The notes under the pieces are model-generated. The model worked only from the letters and a program-made list of their open reading frames with translations, was not told the DNA's origin and did not search any database. A stretch of 64,000 nucleotides of DNA from Acidobacteriota bacterium (lineage in GTDB: Bacteria > Acidobacteriota > UBA6911 > JACQSX01), in contig DASXQR010000004.1 in NCBI GenBank assembly GCA_036507075.1, positions 1 through 64,000 on the forward strand. Direction: 5' to 3'. Both the position numbers and the translations under genes were made by a program. Each line of letters starts with the position of its first letter. The first letter of the stretch is position 1. Of this stretch, positions 21,369 to 31,266 are shown piece after piece.

Positions 21369-22523
21369 TCATTCCTTTAACCGGCTGTACTTTTTCAAAA
21401 CTTCTCGCAGACGGTCATGGGGGAGCGCCAGTACTTTATGATTGTCCACTCCCGTCATCGTTTCCGCCGCAATCAAAGCGTTGACGATGGCTTCCTCCGT
21501 CGCCTGAACCGTGGCTTCGAAGAGAGCATTGAGGCGCTCGTTTGCCAGCATGTCAACCTGGGTAATCCCGGTGGTGCCCGCACGTGGAGGTCTGGCTGTC
21601 GAAAACGCGATAAAAATGTCTCCGGACCCATTTCCTGAAGTAGAGCCGGTTCTGGCGATCCCGAGCGGCACGCGCCGGGCGAGCCGTTTCAACTGATGCG
21701 GTAGGAGTGGAGCATCCGTGGCAATTACCACGATGATCGAGCCAAGGTCTCCACCAGACGGCCGGCCGTCTTCGGTGATTTCCGTTCCCACCGGCACACC
21801 CGCGATGCGCAACTGGCTTCTCGAGCCGAAGTTGGCCTGCACCAGCGCGCCAAGCATGTAGCCGCCCGCTCTTGTTTCAAGCAGTCTCGATGAAGTTCCA
21901 ATGCCTCCCTTGAAACCGTAACAGATCATGCCGGTGCCGCCGCCCACGTTGCCCTCGCCAACCGCGCCCGAGCTCGCGTTATCAAGCGCAGCGAAGACAT
22001 GACCCGGTTTGACATGAAAGCCATTGGTGTCATTTAACCAGCCGTCCCAGGTCTCGGCGACAACGGGCAGCGCCCAAGGCTGGTTCATCATTTTCTTTTT
22101 GACGCTCCAGTCGATCACCGCATCGCGCGCAACGCCGACACTGTGCGTATTAGTGATGATTACCGGCCCTTCCAGGAATCCGGATTCCTCCACCCAGGTA
22201 GTACCGGTCATTTCACCGTTGCCATTCAAGCTGAACCATCCGGCAAAAACAGGGGTGTTAGAGCCTTTGCCGCGCGGCAATATGGCAGTCACACCGGTTC
22301 GCACCGGTCCTTTTCCCACGCTCAAGGCCCCCTCACCCGAGATCAGAGTCGTATGGCCTACCTCGACGCCTTGCACATCTGTGATTGCATTCATCGGACC
22401 GGAGGTTCCTTCCAACGGCACGCCGAGGTCGCGAGCGCGCGGCTTGCGCTGTGCCGCGGCGAATAGATGAAAGATCAGCAAACAAAGCAAAGCGGTAGTC
22501 GCAAAACGGGAGTATTTCTTCAT
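21369..22523 (-). CDS. dmpA: DmpA-like (P1/S58) aminopeptidase, secreted
   Basis: N.ITDV.GVEVGH.T, NGNGEMTG, EGNVGGGTGM, G|SIIVV cleavage site, NGSGD. Confidence 0.88.
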   Translation of the reverse strand: MKKYSRFATTALLCLLIFHLFAAAQRKPRARDLGVPLEGTSGPMNAITDVQGVEVGHTTLISGEGALSVGKGPVRTGVTAILPRGKGSNTPVFAGWFSLNGNGEMTGTTWVEESGFLEGPVIITNTHSVGVARDAVIDWSVKKKMMNQPWALPVVAETWDGWLNDTNGFHVKPGHVFAALDNASSGAVGEGNVGGGTGMICYGFKGGIGTSSRLLETRAGGYMLGALVQANFGSRSQLRIAGVPVGTEITEDGRPSGGDLGSIIVVIATDAPLLPHQLKRLARRVPLGIARTGSTSGNGSGDIFIAFSTARPPRAGTTGITQVDMLANERLNALFEATVQATEEAIVNALIAAETMTGVDNHKVLALPHDRLREVLKKYSRLKE

Positions 22524-22590
22524 GATGCCTCCTGAGCCTAACTGGTCTGTGCATTATCTTCGTTCAAAGAGCAAGTGGACAGATGATCTG

Positions 22591-22618
22591 TTGACTCAAT
22601 CCCGCAGGGGTATAGCAT
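22591..22618 (+). promoter_or_regulatory. Possible sigma70 promoter for the sulfite-oxidase-family gene
   Basis: TTGACT-N16-TAGCAT ending 10 nt before ATG 22629. Confidence 0.3.
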
Positions 22619-22628
22619 GTACGCCTGA

Positions 22629-23750
22629 ATGGGAAAAAAAGCGACAGCGAAACACTTCCCGGTGGTAGGTGACGGCAGCGGACTGGCTCACACCGAGAAC
22701 CTCTACAAAGAAGAGCTTCAACTCGCGCTTCGCAACAGCGGGATGCCGCTGGAAGCATTGCGCTACGACATTACTCCAACCGGTCTGCATTATCTGCTGA
22801 TCCACTACGACATTCCAGCAGTAGAACCTCACGCATGGCGCCTGACAATCGCAGGTCGAGTCACCAAGCCATTCACTTTGACTCTGGAAGCAATCAGGAA
22901 GCATCCGGCGCGAAGCATCGTGGCGACGATGGAGTGCGCGGGAAACGGTCGCGCCTTTTTTTCTCCGCGCCGCCTCAGCCAGCCCTGGCTTCTGGAGGCG
23001 ATAGGAACCGCAGAGTGGACCGGCACGCCTTTGCGCGGGATTCTGGAAGAAGCCGGAGTTCATGATGAAGCCGCAGAAATCGTCTTCACCGGCCTTGACC
23101 GGGGAATAGAAGGAGAGCAGGTTCAGTACTACCAGCGCAGCCTGGGAGTTAAGGAAGCGACCCGGGAAGAAGTCTTACTGGCTTACGAGATGAACGGCCA
23201 TCCCCTTCTGCCGCAGCACGGCTATCCACTGCGCCTGCTCGTGCCCGGCTTGTATGGCATGGCGAGCGTGAAATGGCTGGCTCGCATCGACGCTGTTGTC
23301 GAACCGTTTCAGGGCTATCAGATGATCAACGCTTATCGCTATGCGCAGACAGCGACAGGCGCAGGCGAGCCTGTGACAGTGCAGAAGGTGCGCTCACTCA
23401 TGATCCCTCCCGGGATACCGGATTTCCTAACGCGTACCAGGCTGGTTTCACCCGGCTCTGTCACTCTGACAGGCAAAGCCTGGGCCGGTCGATCGACGGT
23501 CTCGCGCGTGGAAGTCAGCACAAACGGAGGCTCCACCTGGATGGAAGCGCAACTGGGAGAATCGTTCTCACCTTACGCCTGGAGGTCCTGGACGTACGCC
23601 TGGAATGCAAGACCAGGCCCGTACACACTGTGCGTTCGCGCCACCGACTCGGAAGGCAACACTCAACCGCTGGAACCGCAGTGGAATTTCGGCGGATACG
23701 GCAACAATGCGGTCCAGTCACTGCAGGTGATAGTAACGCCGGGGGTTTAG
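22629..23750 (+). CDS. Sulfite oxidase family molybdoenzyme
   Basis: ECAGNGR (Mo-ligating Cys), LAYEMNG.PL..QHGYPLRL.VPG, VKWL, C-terminal Ig-like domain; no signal peptide. Confidence 0.93.
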   Translation: MGKKATAKHFPVVGDGSGLAHTENLYKEELQLALRNSGMPLEALRYDITPTGLHYLLIHYDIPAVEPHAWRLTIAGRVTKPFTLTLEAIRKHPARSIVATMECAGNGRAFFSPRRLSQPWLLEAIGTAEWTGTPLRGILEEAGVHDEAAEIVFTGLDRGIEGEQVQYYQRSLGVKEATREEVLLAYEMNGHPLLPQHGYPLRLLVPGLYGMASVKWLARIDAVVEPFQGYQMINAYRYAQTATGAGEPVTVQKVRSLMIPPGIPDFLTRTRLVSPGSVTLTGKAWAGRSTVSRVEVSTNGGSTWMEAQLGESFSPYAWRSWTYAWNARPGPYTLCVRATDSEGNTQPLEPQWNFGGYGNNAVQSLQVIVTPGV

Positions 23751-23768
23751 TGGTCTAGTTTGTGCTGC

Positions 23769-23917
23769 CTACTAACCATGAGAATTTTCGCGGCCTGCGC
23801 AAATCATTTGGGAGCGGAGAGACGGCCTGACGGCCGTCTCAACTTGGCAGGGCACCGCAGAGAGACGGCCCTCAGGCCGTCTCTCCTTGACTTTTGGTTG
23901 CGGCTTCGCCGCGCTCA
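23769..23917 (-). mobile_element. Dispersed element, copy 2
   Basis: CTACTAACCATGAGAATTTTCGC...TTTTGGTTGCGGCTTCGCCGCGCTCA. Confidence 0.85.
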
Positions 23918-23964
23918 GCCTCTGTGTGAAATGTTTTGCGGCGCGGCGGACCGGGAGGTTTTCT

Positions 23965-25035
23965 ATGAAGGCACATCTACTTCTTTTCATTTTTCTGCTG
24001 CCGACCACCCCCATATTCGCCAGCGACGCGTCGCCGCTTCCCGTCCGAGGTTTGCATCTCTCGGCGCCCAGGCCGGCCGAATTGGCCGACGCTCTCAAAT
24101 TCATTCGCGAGGCGCTTCCCAGGGAAGGCGTCAATCTTCTGGTGCTTGAAATCGGTTACCGCTACCAGTTCACCAAACGCCCTGAGGTTGTGGACGCCGG
24201 CGCGCTGTCGCGGGAGGACGTCAAGGCGATCGTGGAGGCATGCCGTACGGCTGGAGTGCGGCTGATCCCGGAGATCAACCTCCTGGGACATCAGTCCTGG
24301 GCAAGAACGACGCACGGCCTGCTCAGGTCCCATCCCGAGTTCGATGAGACACCGGACAAATATCCCGACAATCAGGGCATTTACTGCCGAAGCTACTGCC
24401 CGCTGCATCCGGAAGTCCACGCCGTGATCTTCGACGTGATCGACGAGCTGGCGGAAGCATGCGAAGCGGATGCCTTTCATGTGGGGATGGACGAAGTATT
24501 TCTGCTGGGGGAGGACGATTGCCCCCGGTGCAAAGGCCGTAACAAGGCGGAACTGTTCGCGCAGGAAGTACGCGCGCTGCGCGATCACCTGGCGCAATCG
24601 GGACGGACAATGTGGATGTGGGGAGACCGCTTTCTCAATGGCGAAGCTAACGGCCTGGGGAAATGGGAAGCAGACAGCAGCGGCACCTCCGCGGCCCTTC
24701 GCCAGATTCCCAAAGACATCGTGATCTGCGATTGGCACTACGAAACGGCTCCCCCCACGGCCTCCTACTTCGCTCTCGAGGGCTTCACGGTTGTTTCCTC
24801 GCCGTGGCGGCGGCCCGGTGTTGCCCTCGCTCAGTTGGAGCTTATTCGTCATGCGCGCAAGAACGCCCCTGCGGCTGTCGGATCACGCATGCTCGGCATG
24901 CTGCAAACCACCTGGGGCGGCATGGGGGCCTTCGCGAGAGCCTACTTTGGCGAAGCTTCCGAGGCGAGGACCGTGGAGGCGGTCGTGTGCTTCAAAACCC
25001 TATTTGCCGACCTCCGAAACGCCGGCTTGAAGTGA
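23965..25035 (+). CDS. Glycoside hydrolase family 20-like protein, secreted
   Basis: IPEINLLGH and FHVGMDEV (catalytic DE pair); signal peptide; GGGAGG RBS. Confidence 0.85.
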   Translation: MKAHLLLFIFLLPTTPIFASDASPLPVRGLHLSAPRPAELADALKFIREALPREGVNLLVLEIGYRYQFTKRPEVVDAGALSREDVKAIVEACRTAGVRLIPEINLLGHQSWARTTHGLLRSHPEFDETPDKYPDNQGIYCRSYCPLHPEVHAVIFDVIDELAEACEADAFHVGMDEVFLLGEDDCPRCKGRNKAELFAQEVRALRDHLAQSGRTMWMWGDRFLNGEANGLGKWEADSSGTSAALRQIPKDIVICDWHYETAPPTASYFALEGFTVVSSPWRRPGVALAQLELIRHARKNAPAAVGSRMLGMLQTTWGGMGAFARAYFGEASEARTVEAVVCFKTLFADLRNAGLK

Positions 25036-25049
25036 AGCCGCATCAATTG

Positions 25050-25208
25050 TTTTCACCACAAAGGCACAAAGGGCACAAAGTGAGACGAGGGGTAGGCAGA
25101 GTCCGGTCCACTCCCATAACACGCTGCCACGTTTTGACTTTGAGACTCTGACCGGACTCTGCCTGTCCCCTGCCTGACTTTGTGCCCTTTGTGCCTTTGT
25201 GGTGAAAA
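25050..25208. repeat. Long palindromic element with CACCACAAAGGCACAAAGGGCACAAAG arms
   Basis: Arms pair and continue inward (AGGCAGAGTCCGGTC / GACCGGACTCTGCCT). Confidence 0.85.
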
Positions 25209-25270
25209 CTCATAGTAACCTTCCTCTGTAATCGCGGTATTAAGAATACAACGGCGAGGAGCGCAACATC

Positions 25271-25346
25271 GAGGGTCCGCTTGCTTACCCGGATTATTCA
25301 TAAATCTTTAACCGCGAAGAGCGCCAAGAACGCTAAGACCAGCGCG
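25271..25346. mobile_element. Truncated half of the CCCGGATTATTCATAAA-TIR miniature element within a REP half site
   Basis: Same left flank as 52279; its interior matches the reverse complement of ~52353-52410. Confidence 0.75.
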
Positions 25347-25370
25347 GGGTGACGGCCTGGAGCTCAAGGC

Positions 25371-27830
25371 ATGAAGGGGGATGGAGAAATGTGGATGTCG
25401 CTTGGAGGTGTGTGGCAAGACTTGCGTTATGCCCTCCGTATGCTGCGTAAGAACCCTGGTTTTACCTCGGTTGCCGTGATCTCACTTGCGCTCGGTGTCG
25501 GCGCAAATACGGCCATCTTCACGTTCGTCAACGCAGCTCTACTGAAACCCATTCCTTATCCCCACGCGGACCGAATCGTAGCGCTGCTGCAGCGCCCGCC
25601 AAAAGGACAGGGCACGACACCTGTGCACCCCCGCAGCTTTGTCGCCTGGCGGGACCGCGCTCAATCCTTTGAATCCCTCGCTATCGCGCAGGCCATTCCA
25701 GTCAATACTCAGGGCACTGAAGGCGCAGAGCAAGTGCCCGGTCTTTGGACGACATCGGAATTATTCCACGTTTTCGGAGTTACACCGTTCATGGGCCGCG
25801 TCTTTGCCGAGCACGAAGGCTTCAACCGTTCGGCCATGCGCGGCGAGGGTGTGGCAGCGACCCCCGTCGTGATCCTAAGCCACGGATACTGGCAAAGACG
25901 CTTCGGATCGGACAAGAACATCCTGGGCAAGAGAATTCAGCAGGGCCGGGGGTCGGCCGTCGTCGTTGGAGTGATGCCGGCCGGCTTCAGAGTCGGGACA
26001 CAGAACATCGATATCTATCTCCCACTGCCTCTGGATCGCAATAAACCGGAAGCTGTCGGCTCGCGATCATTTCAATGCTACGGCCTGTTGCGGCGCAACG
26101 TGACCGCTGAGGCGGCACAAGCGGAAATGACGATTCTTGCCGATCGCGTTGGCCGCGAAAACCGATTAGATGAAGGTTGGGCCGTAGTGGTGCTCAGCCT
26201 GCGCGATTATCTGGTGCGGGACAATCGCCTGGTCTTGCTCGTGTTGCTGGGCGTCGTCGTTTTTGTGCTGCTGATCGCGTGCGCAAACCTGGCAGCGCTG
26301 CTGCTGACCCGCGGCCTTGGCCGTCGAGGCGAGATGGCTCTGCGCGCATCGCTCGGCGCCGGCCGCTCCCGTCTGGTCCAACAGCTTGTCGTTGAAAGCT
26401 TCGCATTGTCTGCGATGGGAGGCGCACTGGGCCTGCTCCTTGGCTACTGGGCCAGCCATGCGCTGGTCTACCTCGCGAAAGACGCTGTCGAGTTCGGACA
26501 AATGGCGGACGTACATCTAGACAGCCGCGTACTCGCTTTCACAGTGGCCCTCTCCCTGCTGACCGCGGTCGCGTTCGGGTTGGCGCCAGCCTGGCAAACT
26601 TCCCGCTTTGACCTGCAGGCGGCGCTCAAGGAGCAAGGCCGAAGCACCGGCGACAGCCGCAGTCAAAAGCGATTCCGTGCGGCGCTGGTGGTCGCTCAAG
26701 TGGCGCTCGCTGTGATACTTCTGGTCGGCGCAGGCTTGCTTCTCCGCACGTTCTCTCAATTGCTTCAGGTCAAACTTGGATTCCAGCCGGAGCAGGTCGT
26801 GACTATGCGCATGCTGGTCACGGGCGAGGCAGCCAGGCGCGCCAACCTGGTGGAAAGCGTCCTGGATCGGGTTGAAGCCTTGTCTGAAGTGCGCGCAGCC
26901 GGCACCATTCAGTTCCTTCCGCTTGGAGGCTGGACCAACAATGGCCCTTTCCATTTTCTTGGGCGCGCGCAACCTGCCATCCCGGAGAGCATGGAATCCG
27001 ACGTGTCGACGGTGAGCCGTGGATACTTTGCCGCCATGGGCATTCCGCTGCTCCGGGGCCGGCCCTTCCTGAGGCAGGACCAGTTGGAAACTCCGCGAGT
27101 GGCGGTGGTGAATCAGTCATTCGTGAACAAGTTTTGCCCGAACGAGGATCCAATCGGTCAACATATCCTGGGCGATTGGGCCAACCCGAAAGCGACCGAA
27201 ATCGTGGGTGTGGTAGGCGACATCAGGCATAACGGACTCACCTCGGAGCCTCGGCCTACTGTCTTTCTGGCGCAGTCACAAGTGCCCGGCTACATCACTT
27301 ACCTGGTAGTGCGCACGGCGACCGAGCCGCAGAAACTGGCATCCGCGATTCGCCGCGAAGTCCAGCAGGTGGATCGGACCCAGCCGGTGACCGCGATACA
27401 AACGATGGAGCAGTACGTATCAGCGTCTTTGGCGCGGCCGAGACTGTATGCCGTGCTGCTTGGCGCGTTCGCTTCACTGGCGCTTTTGCTTGCCGCGGTT
27501 GGCCTCTATGGCCTGATGGCCTACACGGTCCACCGGCGCACGCACGAAATCGGAATTCGCATGGCGCTGGGCGCAGAGCCACGCAAGGTGCTTCACTCAA
27601 TACTTGGCCAAGGTGCCTGTCTTGCCGTGCTGGGACTGCTTGTGGGCGTCGTCTCTGCCATCGCCTTGAGCCGCTTTGTCACAAAGTTGCTCTACGGCGT
27701 CAGCCCAGGCGATCTGATGACTTACACGTTGGCCGCGGCGCTGCTGGGTGGCGTAGCCTTGATCGCCGCCTATGTTCCGGCGCGCCGGGCTTCAAGGGTC
27801 GACCCGATGACGGCCTTGAGGTACGAGTAA
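25371..27830 (+). CDS. ADOP-type duplicated ABC permease (MacB/FtsX x2)
   Basis: QDLRYALR.LRKNPGF, LALGVGANTAIF, LLIACAN, EIGIRMALGA, VDPM.ALRYE. Confidence 0.95.
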   Translation: MKGDGEMWMSLGGVWQDLRYALRMLRKNPGFTSVAVISLALGVGANTAIFTFVNAALLKPIPYPHADRIVALLQRPPKGQGTTPVHPRSFVAWRDRAQSFESLAIAQAIPVNTQGTEGAEQVPGLWTTSELFHVFGVTPFMGRVFAEHEGFNRSAMRGEGVAATPVVILSHGYWQRRFGSDKNILGKRIQQGRGSAVVVGVMPAGFRVGTQNIDIYLPLPLDRNKPEAVGSRSFQCYGLLRRNVTAEAAQAEMTILADRVGRENRLDEGWAVVVLSLRDYLVRDNRLVLLVLLGVVVFVLLIACANLAALLLTRGLGRRGEMALRASLGAGRSRLVQQLVVESFALSAMGGALGLLLGYWASHALVYLAKDAVEFGQMADVHLDSRVLAFTVALSLLTAVAFGLAPAWQTSRFDLQAALKEQGRSTGDSRSQKRFRAALVVAQVALAVILLVGAGLLLRTFSQLLQVKLGFQPEQVVTMRMLVTGEAARRANLVESVLDRVEALSEVRAAGTIQFLPLGGWTNNGPFHFLGRAQPAIPESMESDVSTVSRGYFAAMGIPLLRGRPFLRQDQLETPRVAVVNQSFVNKFCPNEDPIGQHILGDWANPKATEIVGVVGDIRHNGLTSEPRPTVFLAQSQVPGYITYLVVRTATEPQKLASAIRREVQQVDRTQPVTAIQTMEQYVSASLARPRLYAVLLGAFASLALLLAAVGLYGLMAYTVHRRTHEIGIRMALGAEPRKVLHSILGQGACLAVLGLLVGVVSAIALSRFVTKLLYGVSPGDLMTYTLAAALLGGVALIAAYVPARRASRVDPMTALRYE

Positions 27831-27940
27831 AGAGATTTGTTCTCTGTGTCCCCTGTGTCTCTGTGGTAAAAGAAGGTTAATCACAAAGGACATTCGGGCA
27901 GAAAAGCCGGTGGCGAACCGCATTAGCCAGGAGGTTGACA

Positions 27941-29311
27941 ATGAGTGGCAAGATTTCCCGCCGATCCTTCCTTAAGAACACCGGGGCAACGCTGGCAGGA
28001 GCTACGCTTGGATTTCCTCACTTGATCCCTGCCGGAGTGCTTGGCGCGGCCGGCAGGAAAGGCGCCAACGACCGTATCACCATTGCTCACATCGGCGTAG
28101 GGGGCCGGGGTCGTGCGCTCTGGCGTGAGCTCGCGAATCTTCGAAACAAGGGTGAGGCGGTAAGCGTGGTCGTCTGCGACGTCGACGAGAGATCGTTGCG
28201 CCGCGTGACTCAAGAAAAGGTCGCGGAGGGCGCCGAAGCCTATCGCGACTATCGGCACGTTCTGGATCGCAAGGATATCGACGCGGTCGTCATTGCCACA
28301 CCGGATCACTGGCATGCGGCCCAGTTCGTCCACGCCGCGGAAGCCGGCAAACACATTTACTGTGAGAAGCCGGCCTGCTGCACCATCGAAGAGGGAAAGG
28401 CGATGATTGCCGCCGTGCGCAAAACGGGTATTATCTCGCAAATCGGATCGCAGGGCCGCTCGCAGCCCGAGGCGTATCTGATGCACCGCTATCTTGCCAA
28501 CGGCGTGATCGGCAAAGTCAAACATGTGGAATGCTTCCATTACCCGAGCCCGGTGGATACTTCGCAAACACCTGACAGCGAGCCTCCGGCAGAACTCAAT
28601 TGGGACATGTGGCTTGGCCCCCTTCGCTGGCGCCCTTACAATGCACGCTATTGTCCCGGAACATTCCGGTGGATGATGGAATCGGGCGGCGGACAGATCC
28701 GCGACCGCGGAGCTCATGTGATGAGTTGCGCGCTGTGGTGGATGAACGCCGATCGCACCGGCCCGGTCACCATAGAGGCGACTGGCACGCCACCCAATCA
28801 GGGTGTCTGGGATGCCGCCGTGCTGATGCAGGTAACCTACACTTTCCGCAACCCTGATTGGGTGATGACCTGGACGCAGAAGCCGCAGGAGCAATTGCCG
28901 CGTGCCGAGGAGAGAACGCCCGAGGAGCTCAACGATGAGATCACCCGTATTACGCGCCCCGGCTACGGTGCCATCTACCATGGCGAACAGGGAAGCTGCA
29001 TGCACTGGGGCGGCGACGGCGGCACCTGGGCGGAGCGGAAAGTGCGTCAGTGGAAGCCGGAGGCCGCCAGCGTCGATGTGTACCGGAGTCCCGGTCACTT
29101 CGAGGACTGGTTCCAGGGCATCAGGACCGGCAAGAAGACGATCATGAACATCGAAGCGGGCGCGGCGGTCGGCTTCCTTTGCGTTTTGGGGAATCTCTCT
29201 TACATGCTGGGTCGCAAGCTCCAGTGGGATCCTGTAAAGCAGGAAATCGTGGGTGACGAACATGCGCGTCGTCTGATGGGCCGGCCGCAACGGCATCCTT
29301 ATTATGTGTAG
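27941..29311 (+). CDS. Tat-exported Gfo/Idh/MocA oxidoreductase
   Basis: SRRSFLK, IGVGGRG, ATPDHWH, YCEKP, WDMWLGP. Confidence 0.93.
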   Translation: MSGKISRRSFLKNTGATLAGATLGFPHLIPAGVLGAAGRKGANDRITIAHIGVGGRGRALWRELANLRNKGEAVSVVVCDVDERSLRRVTQEKVAEGAEAYRDYRHVLDRKDIDAVVIATPDHWHAAQFVHAAEAGKHIYCEKPACCTIEEGKAMIAAVRKTGIISQIGSQGRSQPEAYLMHRYLANGVIGKVKHVECFHYPSPVDTSQTPDSEPPAELNWDMWLGPLRWRPYNARYCPGTFRWMMESGGGQIRDRGAHVMSCALWWMNADRTGPVTIEATGTPPNQGVWDAAVLMQVTYTFRNPDWVMTWTQKPQEQLPRAEERTPEELNDEITRITRPGYGAIYHGEQGSCMHWGGDGGTWAERKVRQWKPEAASVDVYRSPGHFEDWFQGIRTGKKTIMNIEAGAAVGFLCVLGNLSYMLGRKLQWDPVKQEIVGDEHARRLMGRPQRHPYYV

Positions 29312-29383
29312 CAGGTCGCAAGCATGAGATTTACACCACAAAGACACGAAGGGCACAAAGTTAAAAGAGAGGAGCCTGCACCG

Positions 29384-29908
29384 ATGAAAAACATGACAGC
29401 CGAAGAACTACTCACCGCCATTCAGAGTCAGGATCCCGATGTCAGAACGGAAGCATGGCTTTCTGCCGGAATGGTTGGGGCGGCGGCCATCGGTGGTCTG
29501 GCAAAACTGGTCATCAATGGAAATCTGGAGACAGGCCGGGCTGCCAAACGCGCTCTCTGGAAAATCGTGCGCACGGCAGGCGCTCCCGACGGAGCCAAAG
29601 AAAAGCGCCCTGTGTTGAACCAACTGGTGAAACTACTGGATGCCGCGCAACCGCCATCGCTTCGTCGGGAAGTCATCTGGATGCTCTCGGAAATCAGTTC
29701 AGAAAAGGCTGACATTGACGCCGTGGCAGAATTGTTGTCTCACCCGGACCTGCGCGAGGATGCCCGCTGCGCCCTCGAGCGGATCCCCGGCGACCGATCG
29801 CTGGCCGCCCTGAAAGAAGGCTTCGCTCGCGCACCGCAGGACTTCAAACCCAATATCGCCCACTCCCTTCGCGCCCGCGGCGTGAACATGGAAGCTGCGA
29901 AAAAATGA
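29384..29908 (+). CDS. HEAT repeat protein
   Basis: Helical repeats (LRREVIWMLSEI, LREDARCALERIP); GAGGAG RBS. Confidence 0.8.
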   Translation: MKNMTAEELLTAIQSQDPDVRTEAWLSAGMVGAAAIGGLAKLVINGNLETGRAAKRALWKIVRTAGAPDGAKEKRPVLNQLVKLLDAAQPPSLRREVIWMLSEISSEKADIDAVAELLSHPDLREDARCALERIPGDRSLAALKEGFARAPQDFKPNIAHSLRARGVNMEAAKK

Positions 29909-29912
29909 AAAA

Positions 29913-29975
29913 AACCGCGAAGGCGCGAAAGCGCGAAAATTTTTTGATTTCGCGCTTTCGCGCCTTCGCGGTGAA
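29913..29975. terminator. Periodic-arm hairpin between convergent genes, possible bidirectional terminator
   Basis: ACCGCGAAGGCGCGAAAGCGCGAAA ... TTTCGCGCTTTCGCGCCTTCGCGGT. Confidence 0.55.
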
Positions 29976-30000
29976 TTTTCTTAAGGCCGGCGCAGGGCAC

Positions 30001-30963
30001 CTATTTCCCTGACTTGAACCGCCTTACCGGAGTAAGGCTGATGTTGCGGAAGGAGATCTTGCCGTGGTCTCCCTGAAGCATGATCGGACCGGGTTCGCCT
30101 TCGTTGCTGTCCAGGGCGCCGCCCGTGATGCCGGGGATCTCCTGATTGTCAATGATCGTTGCGCCGTTCAACACCACTGTGACGCGGCGCCCAGTCAAGG
30201 TGATGTCGTAACTTTGCCACTCATCCGCCGGTCTGCCGGCGTTTGAAGTCGGAGTGATGAAGCCATATACTCCTCCGATTAACAAGCTGCCCGGGTCTTT
30301 GCCGAAATCGTCCTGAATCTGAACTTCGTACCGACCGCGCAGATACACCCCGCTGTTGCTTCGCGCCGGATAAACAAACTCCGTGTGGAGCTTAAAATCC
30401 TTAAATTTGTCTTTCGTAATCAGGTCGGTCCCTCCCGCTGTATTGGCCAGGACCCCGTTCTCCGCTTTCCAGTTGTTAGGGGATTTCGGATCACGAACCT
30501 TCCAGCCGTCCAGATCCCGGCCGTTAAAGAGCTGGATCGGCTCTCCCCATTCCGGCTCGCCTGCGGCCAATACCGGGGCGCGAACCGCATTCCAGGCCAA
30601 TGTCGATCCATCTTCTCCGTTCGTTGTTCCTTCCAGCTTGCCGCCCTTCGGCCTCCCGGCGAAAACCATGTCGCTCTTGTGTTTTTCGTACTGAACAGGA
30701 AGGCTTAATCTCAGGCCGTTGCTGGAAAACTCGACAGTTTGAATCGGTCGGGCGCTTCCCACCCGGCCGACGAAGCGGCCGGCAAGCCTGCCCCCTTCGT
30801 CTCTAATTTCAAACCAGGACGGGTAACTTCCCGTCGGAGCATGAATGGTCACATCCCAGCGCCCGGCAATCTTTTGACCCGATTCTGGCGAAGCCGCAAA
30901 AAGACCAAAGAACATCAAGATCGAAAACGTGACACCCAGCGCAAATCGATTTCCAGTCCACAT
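30001..30963 (-). CDS. DUF1080 (3-keto-disaccharide hydrolase-like) protein, secreted
   Basis: LFNGRDLDGW, NSGVYLRGRYEVQI, LQGDH...FRNI. Confidence 0.92.
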   Translation of the reverse strand: MWTGNRFALGVTFSILMFFGLFAASPESGQKIAGRWDVTIHAPTGSYPSWFEIRDEGGRLAGRFVGRVGSARPIQTVEFSSNGLRLSLPVQYEKHKSDMVFAGRPKGGKLEGTTNGEDGSTLAWNAVRAPVLAAGEPEWGEPIQLFNGRDLDGWKVRDPKSPNNWKAENGVLANTAGGTDLITKDKFKDFKLHTEFVYPARSNSGVYLRGRYEVQIQDDFGKDPGSLLIGGVYGFITPTSNAGRPADEWQSYDITLTGRRVTVVLNGATIIDNQEIPGITGGALDSNEGEPGPIMLQGDHGKISFRNISLTPVRRFKSGK

Positions 30964-30973
30964 AAAAATTCCT

Positions 30974-31110
30974 CAGTTAATTGGGGACAGTCCCCTATTT
31001 CCAGTTAATTGGGGACAGTCCCCTATTTCTCCCTATTTCTATAGGTCAATCAGGGGACAGTCCCCTATTCTAGGGGACAGTTCCTCTAAATAGGGGACAG
31101 TCCCTATTTT
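30974..31110. repeat. Cluster of GGGGACAGTCCCC palindromes
   Basis: Five copies (30983, 31011, 31053, 31073, 31093), including a 28-bp direct duplication. Confidence 0.85.
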
Positions 31111-31266
31111 GACATACGTTGGAACCTGTAAAAAAATCGACGCCGGCGCCGGTGCGGCAAGGCGTTCCTGGAGGAGTCCTACCTTTTTCTCTGTCAAGCC
31201 ACGAGCAGACGCGTAAAATGGACCTTAAATGCGACACTGACGTCGCTCCAGCTCCAGGGAGGACAA

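Noticed and set aside
27923..29356. Long antisense ORF (477 aa) and similar shadow ORFs across the window
   Set aside because: They lie opposite well-supported genes, as expected in GC-rich DNA, and carry no motifs.
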